Positions 26,860 through 39,100 of a stretch of 64,000 nt of DNA are shown here, in pieces. Each line of letters starts with the position of its first letter. Position 1 is the stretch's first letter. Under the pieces are notes generated by a model. The model made no database searches, had not been told where the DNA came from, and worked only from the letters and a program-made list of their open reading frames with translations. The position numbers were made by a program, and so were the translations under genes. The DNA is from Macrostomum hystrix (lineage: Eukaryota; Animalia; Platyhelminthes): NCBI GenBank assembly GCA_950097015.1, contig CATNEN010000039.1, positions 9,300,001-9,364,000 of the forward strand. Direction: 5' to 3'.

Positions 26860-29392
26860 TCAGACAACAGACAAGTCCAACGGCACGGGATTGTGTCCCG
26901 TGGCCCTCAGAAAGGCCAGAAAGTCATTGGTGGCCAGTGATAATGTGGCTGCATTGCAGCCAACGGGGTGACAATTGACCTGCAGGGTCTGGCTGGAATT
27001 CAGCAGTGCTGAATCGCAGAGGAAAGTGACGGCGTGCGCTGCGGCATCATTGACCAGAGCTAGCGGCGTAACGCAGCCCTGCCTGACTCCCAGTGAGTCG
27101 AATAGCATCGACTCTTCGGCTAAGCGAAAGTTCCCGGCTGTCAGTCCTGCAGGCAGCTGTTTGGGCAGCTCCGACAGGCGTATCTGGGCATTGTGGCGCG
27201 CCGATAGCAGGAACAGGCGGCGCTTCTTGTCTTTTAGAAACAGATTCTTCAGTGTGCAGCCGGGCAAAGCTGCCACGGCTGGCTGCTGCAGCATGGCTTC
27301 AACGGTGAAAACCTCTGCGTGATCGACCGTGGAATGTCTCAGGCCAATCTGTTCTAGGTAGGCTTCGGTTTCCGACCTGCAGACGGGATGAATGGCAGGT
27401 GAAGTGGTATAGGGTGAATGGCAGGTGAAGTGGCATAGGCTGAATGGCAGGTGAAGTGGCACAGGGTGAATGGCAGGTGAAGTGGCACAGGGTGAATGGC
27501 AGGTGAAGTGGCATAGGGTGAATGGCAGGTGAAGTGGCACAGGGTGAATGGCAGGTGGAGTAGCACAGGCTGAATGGCAGGTGAAGTGGCATAGGGTGAA
27601 TGGCAGGTGAAGTGGCATAGGGTGAATGGCAGGTGAAGTGGCACAGGGTGAATGGCAGGTGAAGTGGCACAGGGTGAATGGCAGGTGAAGTGGCATAGGG
27701 TGAATTATTATAGGGTGAATGGCAGGCCGAGTGGCACAGGGTGAATTATTATAGGGTGAATGGCAGGTCGAGTGGCACAGGGTGAATGGCAGGTGGAGTG
27801 GCACAGGGTGAATAGCAGGTGGAGTGGCACAGGGTGAATTGGCAGGTAGAGTGGCACAGGGTGAATTATTATAGGGTAAATGGCAGGTGGAGTGGCACAG
27901 GGTGAATTGGCAGGTGGAGTGGAACAGGGTGAATTGGCAGGTGGAGTGGCACAGGGTGAATGGCAGGTGGAGTGGCACAGGGTGAATGGCAGGTGGAGTG
28001 GCACAGGGTGAATAGCAGGTGGAGTGGCACAGGGTGAATTGGCAGGTAGAGTGGCACAGGGTGAATTATTATAGGGTAAATGGCAGGTGGAGTGGCACAG
28101 GGTGAATTGGCAGGTGGAGTGGAACAGGGTGAATTGGCAGGTGGAGTGGCACAGGGTGAATGGCAGGTGGAGTGGCACAGGGTGAATGGCAGGTGGAGTG
28201 CCACAGGGTGAATGGCAGGTGGAGTAGCACAGGGTGAATTGGCAGGTGAAGTGGCATATGGTGAATTGGCAGGTGAAGTGGCATAGGGTGAATTGGCAGG
28301 TGGAGTGGCACAGGGTGAATTGGCAGGTGGAGTGGCACAGGGTGAATGGCAGGTGGAGTGGCACAGGGTGAATGACAGGTGGAGTGGCACAGGGTGAATG
28401 GCAGGTCGAGTAGCACAGGGTGAATGGCAGGTGGAGTGGCACAGGGTGAATTGGCAGGTGGAGTGGCACAGGGTGAATGGCAGGTGGAGTGGCACAGGGT
28501 GAATTGGCAGGTGGAGTGGCACAGGGTGAATTGGCAGGTGGAGTGGCACAGGGTGAATGGCAGGTCGAGTGGCACAGGGTGAATTGGCAGGTGGAGTGGC
28601 ACAGGGTGAATGGCAGGTGGAGTAGCACAGGGTGAATTGGCAGGTGAAGTGGCATATGGTGAATTGGCAGGTGAAGTGGCATAGGGTGAATTGGCAGGTG
28701 GAGTGGCACAGGGTGAATTGGCAGGTGGAGTGGCACAGGGTGAATGGCAGCTGGAGTGGCACAGGGTGAATGACAGGTGGAGTGGCACAGGGTGAATGAC
28801 AGGTGGAGTAGCACAGGGTGAATGGCAGGTGGAGTGGCACAGGGTGAATTGGCAGGTGGAGTGGCACAGGGTGAATGGCAGGTGGAGTGGCACAGGGTGA
28901 ATTGGCAGGTGGAGTGGCACAGGGTGAATTGGCAGGTGGAGTGGCACAGGGTGAATGGCAGGTCGAGTGGCACAGGGTGAATTGGCAGGTGGAGTGGCAC
29001 AGGGTGAATGGCAGGTGGAGTAGCACAGGGTGAATTGGCAGGTGAAGTGGCATATGGTGAATTGGCAGGTGGAGTGGCACAGGGTGAATGGCAGGTGGAG
29101 TGGCACAGGGTGAATTGGCAGGTGGAGTGGCACAGGGTGAATTGGCAGGTGGAGTGGCACAGGGTGAATGGCAGGTCGAGTGGCACAGGGTGAATTGGCA
29201 GGTGGAGTGGCACAGGGTGAAGGGCAGGTGGAGTGGCACAGGGTGAATGGCAGGTCGAGTGGCACAGGGTGAATGGCAGGCAGGTTGAATAGCAGACACC
29301 AACCTATTAGAAACTTTGAAGCTTCTAGCGCCAAGCTCAGCATCCGTGGCGGCTTCCGTTGATGAGGCCTTGGAATCGTCGCCTTGTGCAGC
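26860..29392 (-). CDS. PRORSD1: Prolyl-tRNA synthetase-associated domain protein (YbaK/ProXp-ala aminoacyl-tRNA deacylase)
   Basis: HAEVFTVEAM, KNLFLKDKK, FRLAEE, LGVRQGCVTPLALVND, HP..NAAT, DFLAFLRATGHNP. Exons 29392-29304 (89 nt, phase 2) and 27376-26860. No ATG in the first exon. Confidence 0.85.
27388..29285. repeat. 23/24-bp intronic minisatellite (GGGTGAAT(T)GGCAGGTGGAGTGGCACA), ~80 units
   Basis: Fills almost the whole PRORSD1 intron. Confidence 0.95.
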
Positions 29393-29982
29393 CTGAAGGA
29401 TAATGTACAGTTTCTAGTACATAGCACGAAAGTGCTGGCATAGTTTTTTAAAAATCAACTGAGTTGCTAACAAACACAAAGCTTCTACCCGAAGACACGA
29501 AAAAGCTCTCAGACCTGAGTCTTAAACCTCCGCTTAGCTAGCAACTAATTGGATTTATTTGAGAAGTGCTCAAGTGGATAAGATTTTTCTAAACTATAAA
29601 ATGTAAAAACACAAATCTGATATATTTATTATAAGGCTTCTCTTAGCTGTTAAAAAAAGTAAAGAAATAACCATAGCAAAGAATAAAAATTTAACTTTAG
29701 AAATTATCCATATTTGCACTGTAATTTATATTAGTACTGAAGACGACAACAAATGCTTAAAAATAATATATGTAAACGTGCCTGTGTGCGCGGAAGACTA
29801 GGAAATGCATTGTAAGCACCGATGAAAAGCGAATAATTTTTTGCTTCAGCAAATATAACTAATGTGAAGAAATCGTAGTCCACATAGAAACGTAGCCAGT
29901 ACCGGAATTTGCGGTCACTTACTATTCATACCACTTAACCACTAAACAGGATCTTGCGGTTGATTAACAGTTGAAAGACAAG

Positions 29983-30343
29983 GCCCCCTCGGGAAATTTT
30001 AAATCCCCACAGTTTAATTGCTTCCAAACCGAATGACCAATTTTCGTGAAAGTCCACCATCTGAATCAAAATTTCCGCCCTATACGCTCAACTAACTTTC
30101 AAAGCCGTCCGAGTCAGCATCGTCAAGATATTCAGCGCTTCTTGTCGGATATCCTATTGGCAAGGACAACTAACTATGCTTACAAAAAAACTACTATGGC
30201 ATATCTATATTCGTTTTTTCCAACAGACACCCCCGATGAGAATCGTTGAATATCTTAACAATGCCGATGTTTTGTGATTCTGGAAGTTGTCCGGTGTTCT
30301 AAGACAGGAAAAAAGTGTGTGTTTGAAATAGCCCCCTGTGGTC
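29983..30343. mobile_element. MITE family C, internally deleted copy
   Basis: Shares ccaaaccgaatgacc, gtcagcatcgtc, gtgattctggaagtt and the terminal tttgaaatagccccctgtggt. Confidence 0.65.
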
Positions 30344-30431
30344 GTTCTACTGCTAATGTACAAGTAGCTTTGAGGCGCAAGCGATAAAATGCTAAACACT
30401 GGAAGATTTGAAAGGCCAACACGAACACTAG

Positions 30432-32746
30432 CTAGGCTGTGCTCTTAGCAGCCAGTGTTGCCGCACCGGCCATAGACGGCAGGGCCAGGAATCGTTGCGC
30501 AATGTCCAGCAGAGCCTGCGCCATGGCCAACCGAGGCAGTTTATTTGTAGTTCCCACAGAATCCGAATTAGTCAAAAGTTCATTGAGCACAGTTCTCAGC
30601 GCGGTCAGAGTCTCGCGATCTTTTGCTAACTGATCAGCCGACAGATTTGACAACTTAGAAAATTGAGCCCAACTGGAGACTAAAGTGCAAAGGGCCGCTG
30701 TTAAACAATTAGTGGAGCCAACAATGACTCCTGATCGACGGAGGCAGCGTATTTCACAACGGCCCCAAGCCAAATCGTCAGTTACAGTCAGCGCCTGATA
30801 ATCTTCTGTTGCGGTTCCGAGCTCGAATCCGACGCACGATGTTAAATGACAATTTGATCGGCAGCCAGGAATGACGGCAAACATCAAGGATGGAGCATTG
30901 TAGGAAGAAATTCTCTGCGCGAGCTGACAGGTTAGCAACAGAGACAGAGGTGTCCGAGATAGGTTTTTCGATTCGCTTGGCTTGACACTCTTTGTTGGAG
31001 CAGCGGTAATAGAAGCTTTAGCTGTGCTGACTGCGAAATCGGTTAGCTGAAGTTTGTCAGCAAAGTGTAAAGTGCATTGAAAAAAATGACTGATACTTTA
31101 TATTTACTTCATTATCACAGGCATCCACTCACCCAGAAAGACCTGACGGCAAGAGTGACAGCCGCTAAAGTCGATGGGGCCAGTCCGCCCGGCCAAGCGG
31201 CAAGGCCAAGCATCAAGCGAGCCACTAAGATTGGCCTGCAAGGTCGCCGGCAGTGGTCCGGCAGAACTGGCAGCGGCGCATGAAATTCACCGCCATCGCC
31301 AGACAGAGGAAATTCGACTCGCTGACGCCTGCCTAGCTTCAAGGCTTCGTCCACTGCTGGCCAGCTCAGTTCCAGAATACAACGCCAGTTACTGGCCGGT
31401 CCTGGGAGTCGGGCCGCAGTCGACGTCGCCTCGGTGGCTACGCGCAAGTAGCGAAGATTACCGGCGTGAAGAATCTCCATAACGACGGAGAAGCCCACCG
31501 CTGCGGAGGCGCGCAGACGTAGCAGGTGAGCCAGTTGAGCCAGACGGCGCGTGACGGCTCGATCGGCGGCGGACACAGCTGCCAAAAGATCGAGGCCGGA
31601 GTTCAGCTGCTCCGACAATCGCATCAGACCGGCTTCACCTTTGCCTTTGTCGGCATCCTCGATCGAGTTGTCAACGCGACAAAGACAATCCAGTAGATAA
31701 GCCATTGGATAACTGCGCCGGCTGGAATCACCAAATTGCACCAGCAAAGCGCTGCTGCCCTGCTGAGTATCTTCCGTTTCAATGCTGCGACAATCAACAA
31801 GTCCGGGATCAATACCGACAATGCTGACACCGCCAAGAGCGGCCGCACAAACAAGCCTCAAACGGTCATTGGTGAGCAGGCATACTAGTAAAGTAGTTCG
31901 GCCTTGATGAATCAGAACGGCATCGACCACTTGAACAATAGCATCGACAGAGACGCCGAGAAGCCTGTCTCGACTCGCCAGCCGAAGCTCAGAGTCAGTG
32001 TCATTGAATGTCAACATCATTAACCTACCATCGGAGAAGATCAAAGCCAGCCGATCCGTGGAACCTAGACGCCACGATAAAGCTCGAATTAGGCGCACTT
32101 TTAAGTCAAACAATGCCCTAGTCTGATTGGCAGTGCCCAGGGCGCTGTTAGCGGCAAACGAGAAAGGAGAAGCCAGTTCTAGGCATCGGCCACTCGGGGT
32201 CAAACAGAAGATGTCGCCGCAATCGCAGGCGCAAATGATGGCAAAGGTGGCTTCGTGTGTTGTGTCGGATTGACGACCGCCAGATATAATGAACTGGTGG
32301 AGGTTTTTTGGAAGAATTTCAACTATTGGCGTCGAATCTGCCACAGTCACGAGTTTCAAGGAGGAGACAAGTACAACAAAAGATACAGGTTGCTGACAAT
32401 TTTCTGATTGTTGATTGAAACATCGTCTCTGGGCACAGAACACAACATTTTCGCCAACGAGCTCAAGGAGTTGCACTTTCAGGCCAAGGAGATTTGGAGA
32501 GCGGGTGCAAATCCCAACAATGCCCAGCTCTTCTATGTCTTCAATTAGAATTTCGAGACGATATGTACGTTTTCCTCGAATATCATCAACGACACTTATG
32601 TGGCACTCCATGCTGGACTGGCATTTGGCTAGCAATCCATTGGGATTATTGCAAGCCTGTGCTTTGTTGGCAATTTCATAGATGCTATCTTCCTCGAGGT
32701 AGGTGTCGGGTAGTTCAGCAAATAGGTCATCATCATCTGAGTCCAT
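30432..32746 (-). CDS. ~740-aa protein, tentatively Fanconi anemia core complex FAAP100-like
   Basis: Exons 32746-31133 and 31046-30432 join in frame; the ATG follows TTTTCAG directly. Beta-rich N-terminus, then a coiled-coil, then a beta-sandwich, with segments (FAIICACDCGDIFCL, DRLALIFSDGRLM, WRCILEL, GRRQRVEFPL) reminiscent of FAAP100. The CDS is well supported; the identity is recalled similarity only. Confidence 0.5.
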
Positions 32747-34574
32747 CTGAAAATTATTTTTTGATATGTTCAGAAGATCTAATATAAATCAGGCACTTGT
32801 CCTTGTTATAAGCTTCACTTTAAGCCCTTCTTTAGTTTAACTTCTAATGTTGAAACTCAAATTGCACTATTGACATTCAATTTTTTAATCAGCACTATCA
32901 CTTCTACAAAATAAAGTGATTGAAAATAATGCCATAGTTTTTTGGTTGGTATTTCACTTAATAACTTGAGTCTTTGGCACTCAGGATTTAAACTCATACC
33001 AACCTCACAACAATGACATATCATATACATATATGTATACTAGATAGAGCTAGCTAATAAAACAGGAAAATACAATGAATAGCTAGCAAATAACAAAAAT
33101 CTAGCAACATTGCAAGTTCTATTTATCTGTATGATATTATACATTGCCTAATCTTTGTTGAATGTCAATCTACTAGAAGCCCAACCTAATCTAGGTTATT
33201 TCCACAGGGGGTTTGACAGAGGTCACGGAGGTTAACCCCGAAGGAGGACGGGCCGTATCGTCCCTTGTGTCTCAGCAGCAAAAGAGGAGAACTGCTGAAA
33301 CTCCCATTTCCTGGCTCCACACATGCCACTAAACTCGATGCCCTGTTCTTCTGCGGACCAACGCAAGCGAAAGTCTTAATAGAGAGAAAGCCCGACCAAC
33401 CAGGCAGAGCCTGGCGGCCGCGCATACAGGCATTGAGTAAAAGAACCACATTGCTGACTGGAATAGGCCGCCCGACAATGGAGGGTCCTTGGGCATACCA
33501 GTACTCCACTGGGAACATGGCCCAGTATGCAGAAATAAAGTTATTTACTAAGGCGTCATCCAGTAGGATACCACCTGGCTTATACTCAACTCATATGCTC
33601 TATGACTTTCAGACTTGGATCTCTGGCCATTTTATGAGACCAAATTCCTTGCCTCAGTCAGACACCGATTTAGTTATCCTCGAATCTGCAAACGAGGCCC
33701 TCCAAGGACTAGTTAGCCATCCTTTTTCAGGATGTTACCAGTTGCAGCTGGGATCATCTCCCGGAGCCCTAAATACAACCTAATCAATTCAATTTATAGT
33801 TAGCCTAGCTAGGCCTAAACATTAGGGCAATGGCTTAGGCTTAGCTAGGGCAAATTGAATGTTATATTATATAGGGGGCCTATTACAATTTTATATAAAC
33901 TATTATGAAAAAAATCGCTTTTAAATAACATTAATGAAAATATAGGATAGGACTGGCTTAACAAGTCAATTACATTACATTTACACAAGAGCTGTTCAGT
34001 TTGGTAAGTAAACTATCTAGATTAACTCGTATTTATATTAGCTCGTATATATATATTTATAATTTATATTATAAGCAAACTCTTTTCACTGTAGGATAAT
34101 GGTAGCTTGCTATAATGGCAGCTAATATAAACCTTAGCAGGCAGTGAATTCTTAATAACTTCAATGTTATTTAAATGACATTTATGATAGGCTATAATAT
34201 CACGGATCAAAAGTCAGATTCTATTTACTGAAGCTCGTCTGATTTAAACCGACAACTTAAAATTTTCATGCATTTTAAATGTATGTGTATACTAGGAAAG
34301 TGTATACTATGAGAGTTTGCGGGCACAATGTGTCCACGTGACCAGTGGATACTAATTTAAGCTTCATATAAAATGTAAAGTTGAAAAATTTTACATGAAA
34401 TAAAACAAACCAAACAAACATATGTTAATATAAAAGTAAAACTGGCAACATTATTCAAGATAAAACTGATACTTACAAGCTTTATGGAGTGATTTTTTCC
34501 TACAGTTTTTGTAGAACAAAGTAAAAAAATACGAAAGAAAAGGAATTGGTAATTCAATAATTATTTATCACACC

Positions 34575-34747
34575 TAGGGGCGTATGCTGGGGGGATGCGG
34601 GGATATATCCCCCAAAATCCCAAAATTATTCCCCATGTACTTATTGTACTTAGTCAATTCCTAGAGGCCTAGAGGACATTATTTAGTCCGGTATGTTTAT
34701 ATTTCTGCTGGTTATCCCCCCAAACTAAATTCCAGCATACGCCACTG
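34575..34747. mobile_element. hAT-type MITE (173 bp)
   Basis: TIR TAGGGGCGTATGCTGG / CCAGCATACGCCACTG with 8-bp TSD ATCACACC (34567-34574 and 34748-34755). Confidence 0.85.
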
Positions 34748-34883
34748 ATCACACCTGCCGGCACGAATCGGCCAGATGTGCAGGCCCAACAGCACGGCCT
34801 CAGCTATTAGGACTATGCGGCGCATCTGAAGGCTGTATACGGCTGTTTAGTCATGGACTGGGGACGCCGCACCCACCCTTAAT

Positions 34884-34979
34884 CAGGGACTACTCAAGTA
34901 ACGTATATATTGATATATATTTATTTATATATATATATAGTAGATATAATATAATATAAAATAAAAATAAAAGTATACT

Positions 34980-35014
<35 letters not shown>

Positions 35015-35039
35015 CGTATATCTACTTAAGTTGTCCTTG
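34884..35039. mobile_element. hAT-type MITE (156 bp) with a (TA)n core
   Basis: TIR CAGGGACTACTCAAGTA / TACTTAAGTTGTCCTTG with 8-bp TSD CCCTTAAT (34876-34883 and 35040-35047). Confidence 0.85.
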
Positions 35040-35644
35040 CCCTTAATTACCCCAGCTGCATGCTAGAGCTGGGTGAACTGATTTTGCAGCTGGGTGAACT
35101 GAAGCAAAGCCGAGTTTGTCTTTGTGCTAATCTTACTAATATCTGACTAGAGCTGATAAAAAATTGTTCCAGTGGAGTTAGCAATCTACCCTCCGACCAT
35201 TAAGTATTGAGTCTGAAGCTTTAAGTACTATGCTACAGCTGCACGTGTACGCCGTGAGTGTGCCTATAAAACAATACTTCTAGCTTCGGTCTGTGCTTTT
35301 TTTTAGTTTTAATTTTAGTTAAACATGGATAAAAGCCCAAGAAAGAAGGGCTTAAAATTATCAAAGCAAGAACAAGAAAAATAGAAAGATAAAGTTTTTA
35401 CTTCGAATGAATTATTGTATGCGTGGTATATTTATTTGTTATATATCCTGGTAACAAAGTCATCTTAAGGTAAATTTATTTGGTCAATAGAGTCGCAATA
35501 AAGGGTACGAATATTAAAAAATGTGTTAAAATATTCTATATAAAAGAGGGGAGAAATACGTGTACTTTCGGCACATTTTAATAAGCTACAAAATACTGCG
35601 CGACGTGACAACAGGCGTGTATCCGAGCAAGCGGGAAACATGCT

Positions 35645-35718
35645 CGGAGCACGTCATCATCCCGACGGAGTCTGTTGAGCAGTCAATCAGATTTTTACCG
35701 TCGGGAGTCATTGGTCCG
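35645..35718 (-). promoter_or_regulatory. Eukaryotic SECIS element (type II) in the SELENON 3' UTR
   Basis: Minus strand: A-UGAC-UCCCGACGG-U-AAAAA-UCUG(AUUGACUGCUCAA)CAGA-CU-CCGUCGGGA-UGAU. AUGA/GA non-Watson-Crick core, 9-bp perfect helix II, unpaired AA, apical mini-stem; ~400 nt after the SelN stop. Confidence 0.9.
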
Positions 35719-36120
35719 TAATCACGCGCGCACACAGACACACTCACTCATGCTTATAGCTTTTCAACTGTTACAATTCTGGGCTGAAGCTTTGCCAGAT
35801 AAGACCGCAATCTGGTTCAGCTTCCACCCTGAATTTACAAACAGATAGTCAAATACACTACTTATTAAGTACTATTAGAAGAATGTATATGCTACTTTTG
35901 AGATTACTTGTAAAAATGTACAGCTGAATTGAGATACAATTCTAAGAAAATAAAACATCAATTGTGTCTCGAAGCTTAAATAATAAAACCGTTAAAAATT
36001 AGACATCCTATATTTCATAGGATATCTATAGAAAAAACTATATAGCATAGAAAAGAAAAAACACCGTTGATAAATGTAAATGTTGGAATAAGAAATTTGT
36101 TGCAACGGCTTAAGCTTATT

Positions 36121-39100
36121 CTAAAGCCTATTCCGCAATGATGCCTTGGCCAGACCCTCCTCAAGGAACTTCAGGTAGGCCTCGCTGTGAGCCTCTTCCA
36201 CTCTGGAATGGCGCGAGGATTTTATTCCTGCTTGAGTAGGTATTGCCTATTGCCACTGAAGCACTGGCATGGCCGCTGGGAGAGGGAGGGGAGAATGAGA
36301 GAGATGGAGAGAGACAAGGAGAGAGACACGGAGAGGAAGGAGAGAGATGGAGAGAGACAAGGAGAGACAAGGAGAGGGAGAAGGAGAGAGAGAAGGAGAG
36401 AGATGGAGAGAGACAAGGAGAGGGAGAAGGAGAGAGATGGAGAGAGACAAGGAGAGATAAGGAGAGGGAGAAAGAGAGACAAGGAGAGGGAGAAAGAGAG
36501 AGAGAAGGAGAGACAAGGAGAGGGAGAAGGAGAGAGAGAAGGAGAGAGAAGGAGAGAGACAAGGAGAGACAAGGAGAGGGAGAAGGAGAGAGAGAAGGAG
36601 AGACAAGGAGAGGGAGAAGGAGAGAGAGAAGGAGAGAGAAGGAGAGAGACAAGGAGAGACAAGGAGAGGGAGAAGGAGAGAGAAGGAGAGAGAAAGAGAG
36701 AGATGGAGAGAGACAAGGAGAGATAAGGAGAGGGAGAAGGAGAGAGACAAGGAGAGAGAAGGAGAGGGAGAAAGAGAGAGACAAGGAGAGAGAAGGAGAG
36801 AGATGGAGAGAGACACGGAGAGGGAGAAGGAGAAACAAGGAGAGGGAGAAGGAGAGGGAGAAGGAGAGAGAGAAGGAGAGAGAGAAGGAGAGAGAAGGAG
36901 AGAGAAAGAGAGAGATGGAGAGAGACAAGGAGAGATAAGGAGAGGGAGAAAGAGAGAGACAAGGAGAGAGAAGGAGAGAGATGGAGAGAGACACGGAGAG
37001 GGAGAAGGAGAAACAAGGAGAGGGAGAAGGAGAGAGAGAAGGAGAGAGAGAAGGAGAGAGAAGGAGAAAGAGAGAGATGGAGAGAGACAAGGAGAGATAA
37101 GGAGAGGGAGAAAGAGAGAGACAAGGAGAGAGAAGGAGAGAGATGGAGAGGAAAAATGGGGGAGTGAGAAGGAGAGTAGGAAAGTGAGCAGGAGAGCTGT
37201 TGATAGTGGTGAAGGGGCAGTGGGAAAGTGTTAAACGGAACATGGGAAATGATTTAGGTAAATAGAAGGGAGCAGACAGAAGTAAAAGAGGACAATGAAA
37301 ACAAGCCAATAGATTGAAACTCACGTGAAATTGCTGCCGATCTTCTTGTCGGCCGCATCAAGCATGGCGTTGGCGTACAGACTGTGCACCACGTTGCCAT
37401 CTCCGTCGCTGATGAGGCTGGTAACTGGGAAGCTGTAAGCCTGGAGAGTTTTGTCAGACACGTCGGCTAGCCAAGAATCCTCAAGGGGCTGCTTCTGCCA
37501 CTTCTGCAGGTCGATGATGAGCACCCAGGTGCAGATGAATCGACGCTCTAGAAGCGACTGCACGGCCGGGTTCTCCAACGCGGTCTTGCGGAGAACCCGG
37601 CCGGAGCCTCAGCAGCTCTGGTCGTCTAGCGAGCCCCAGAGCACCACAGAGTGCACCAGGCTGGCACCGGCGGGGTCCGCCTGGGCCTGCTTGGCCCGAC
37701 GGAAGGCGTCCGGAAACGCCAGGTAGGGCACCCGCTTGAACGGGTACAGCTCAACCTCCAGCCGGCCGAATGCGCGGCTGAAGCTCAGGCCAACCTGCGA
37801 CTGCAGCGCCGAGGGCGCGGCTACACCAGGCAGCTGGTGATCGTATTCGCCTGTGGATTGACATCAGATAGGATCCACTTTTCCTATCAACCTATCAATA
37901 TCCTGATTAACTATTCCTATCAACCTATCAATATCCTGATCCACTATTCCTATCAACCTATCAATATCCTGATCCACTAATCCTATCAACCTATCAAAAT
38001 TCTGACCCACTAATCCTATCAACCTATCAGTTTCCTGATTCACTATTCCAGTATTCCTATCAACCTATCAATATTCTGATCCACAAATACCATTCATCTA
38101 TCAATATCCTGATCCACTAATCCTATCAACCTATCAGTTTCCTGATCCACTATTTCCTGATCCTATCAATATCCTGATCCACAAATCCAATCAACCTATC
38201 AGTTTCCTGATCCACTATTCCTATCAACCTATCAATATTCTGATCCACAAATACCATTCATCTATCAATATCCTGATCCACTAATCCTATCAACCTATCA
38301 GTATTCTGATCCACTAATTCTATCAACCTATCAATATCCTGATCCACTAATCCTATCAACCTATCAATATCCTGATCCACAAATAGCATCAATCTATCAA
38401 TATCCTGATCAACTAATCTAATCAATCAATCAACATTCTGATCCACAAATCCTATCAATCTATCAATATCTTGATCCACTAATCCTATCAACCAATCCAT
38501 ATCCTGATCCACTATTCCTATCAGCCTATCAATAAGCAAATCCAAAATGCGTATAAACCGATACATACTCTAATGTTATAAACCTATCAATCATTTCCGT
38601 ATTTTGTCAATCAGTTAATATTATGCCCTAGTGTTATATTCGATTAATTGATGAGTGACATTATCTAGAAGTCGAATGTTCATTTATATAATTTAGTATG
38701 GCTATCAATAAATAAGCCAATATTCTAGCAATTTAATCTACCACTATCAAGATCCTATATTGTGATAATTTATCAAATCCTAAAAATATGATCAATCGTG
38801 CTATGAAAAAAATACTAGAATGAGAAATCGCGCTATCAATCTATCAATAGTTATGAGCAATCACGATATCAATCTATCAATAATTTTGAGCAATCGTGTT
38901 ATCAATCTATCAATAATTTTGAGCAATCGTGTTATCAATCTATCAATAATTTTGAGCAATCGTGTTATCAATCTATAAATTATTATGAGCAATCGCGCTA
39001 CCAATTTATCAATCATTATGAGCAATCGCGTATCAATCAATCAATCAACCGATCACAGGGCATGGTGCTCACCCACAGTTGGTGGCCGCAGCTGGCAGGC

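Larger units (their letters stand above)
34560..35235 (-). mobile_element. CORE-like SINE family A, interrupted by two hAT-type MITEs
   Basis: The family A body resumes on both sides of the insertions. Confidence 0.75.

Noticed and set aside
27299-29427. 450-500 aa His/Pro/Cys-rich ORFs
   Set aside because: Minisatellite within the PRORSD1 intron; only 26860-27376 and 29304-29392 are coding
36161-37324. Ser/Leu-rich and Glu/Arg-rich ORFs
   Set aside because: GA-rich low-complexity intron of SelN
37609-37611. Premature stop making SelN a pseudogene
   Set aside because: TGA falls at the conserved Sec position of SCUG, the frame stays open and conserved downstream, and a SECIS is present
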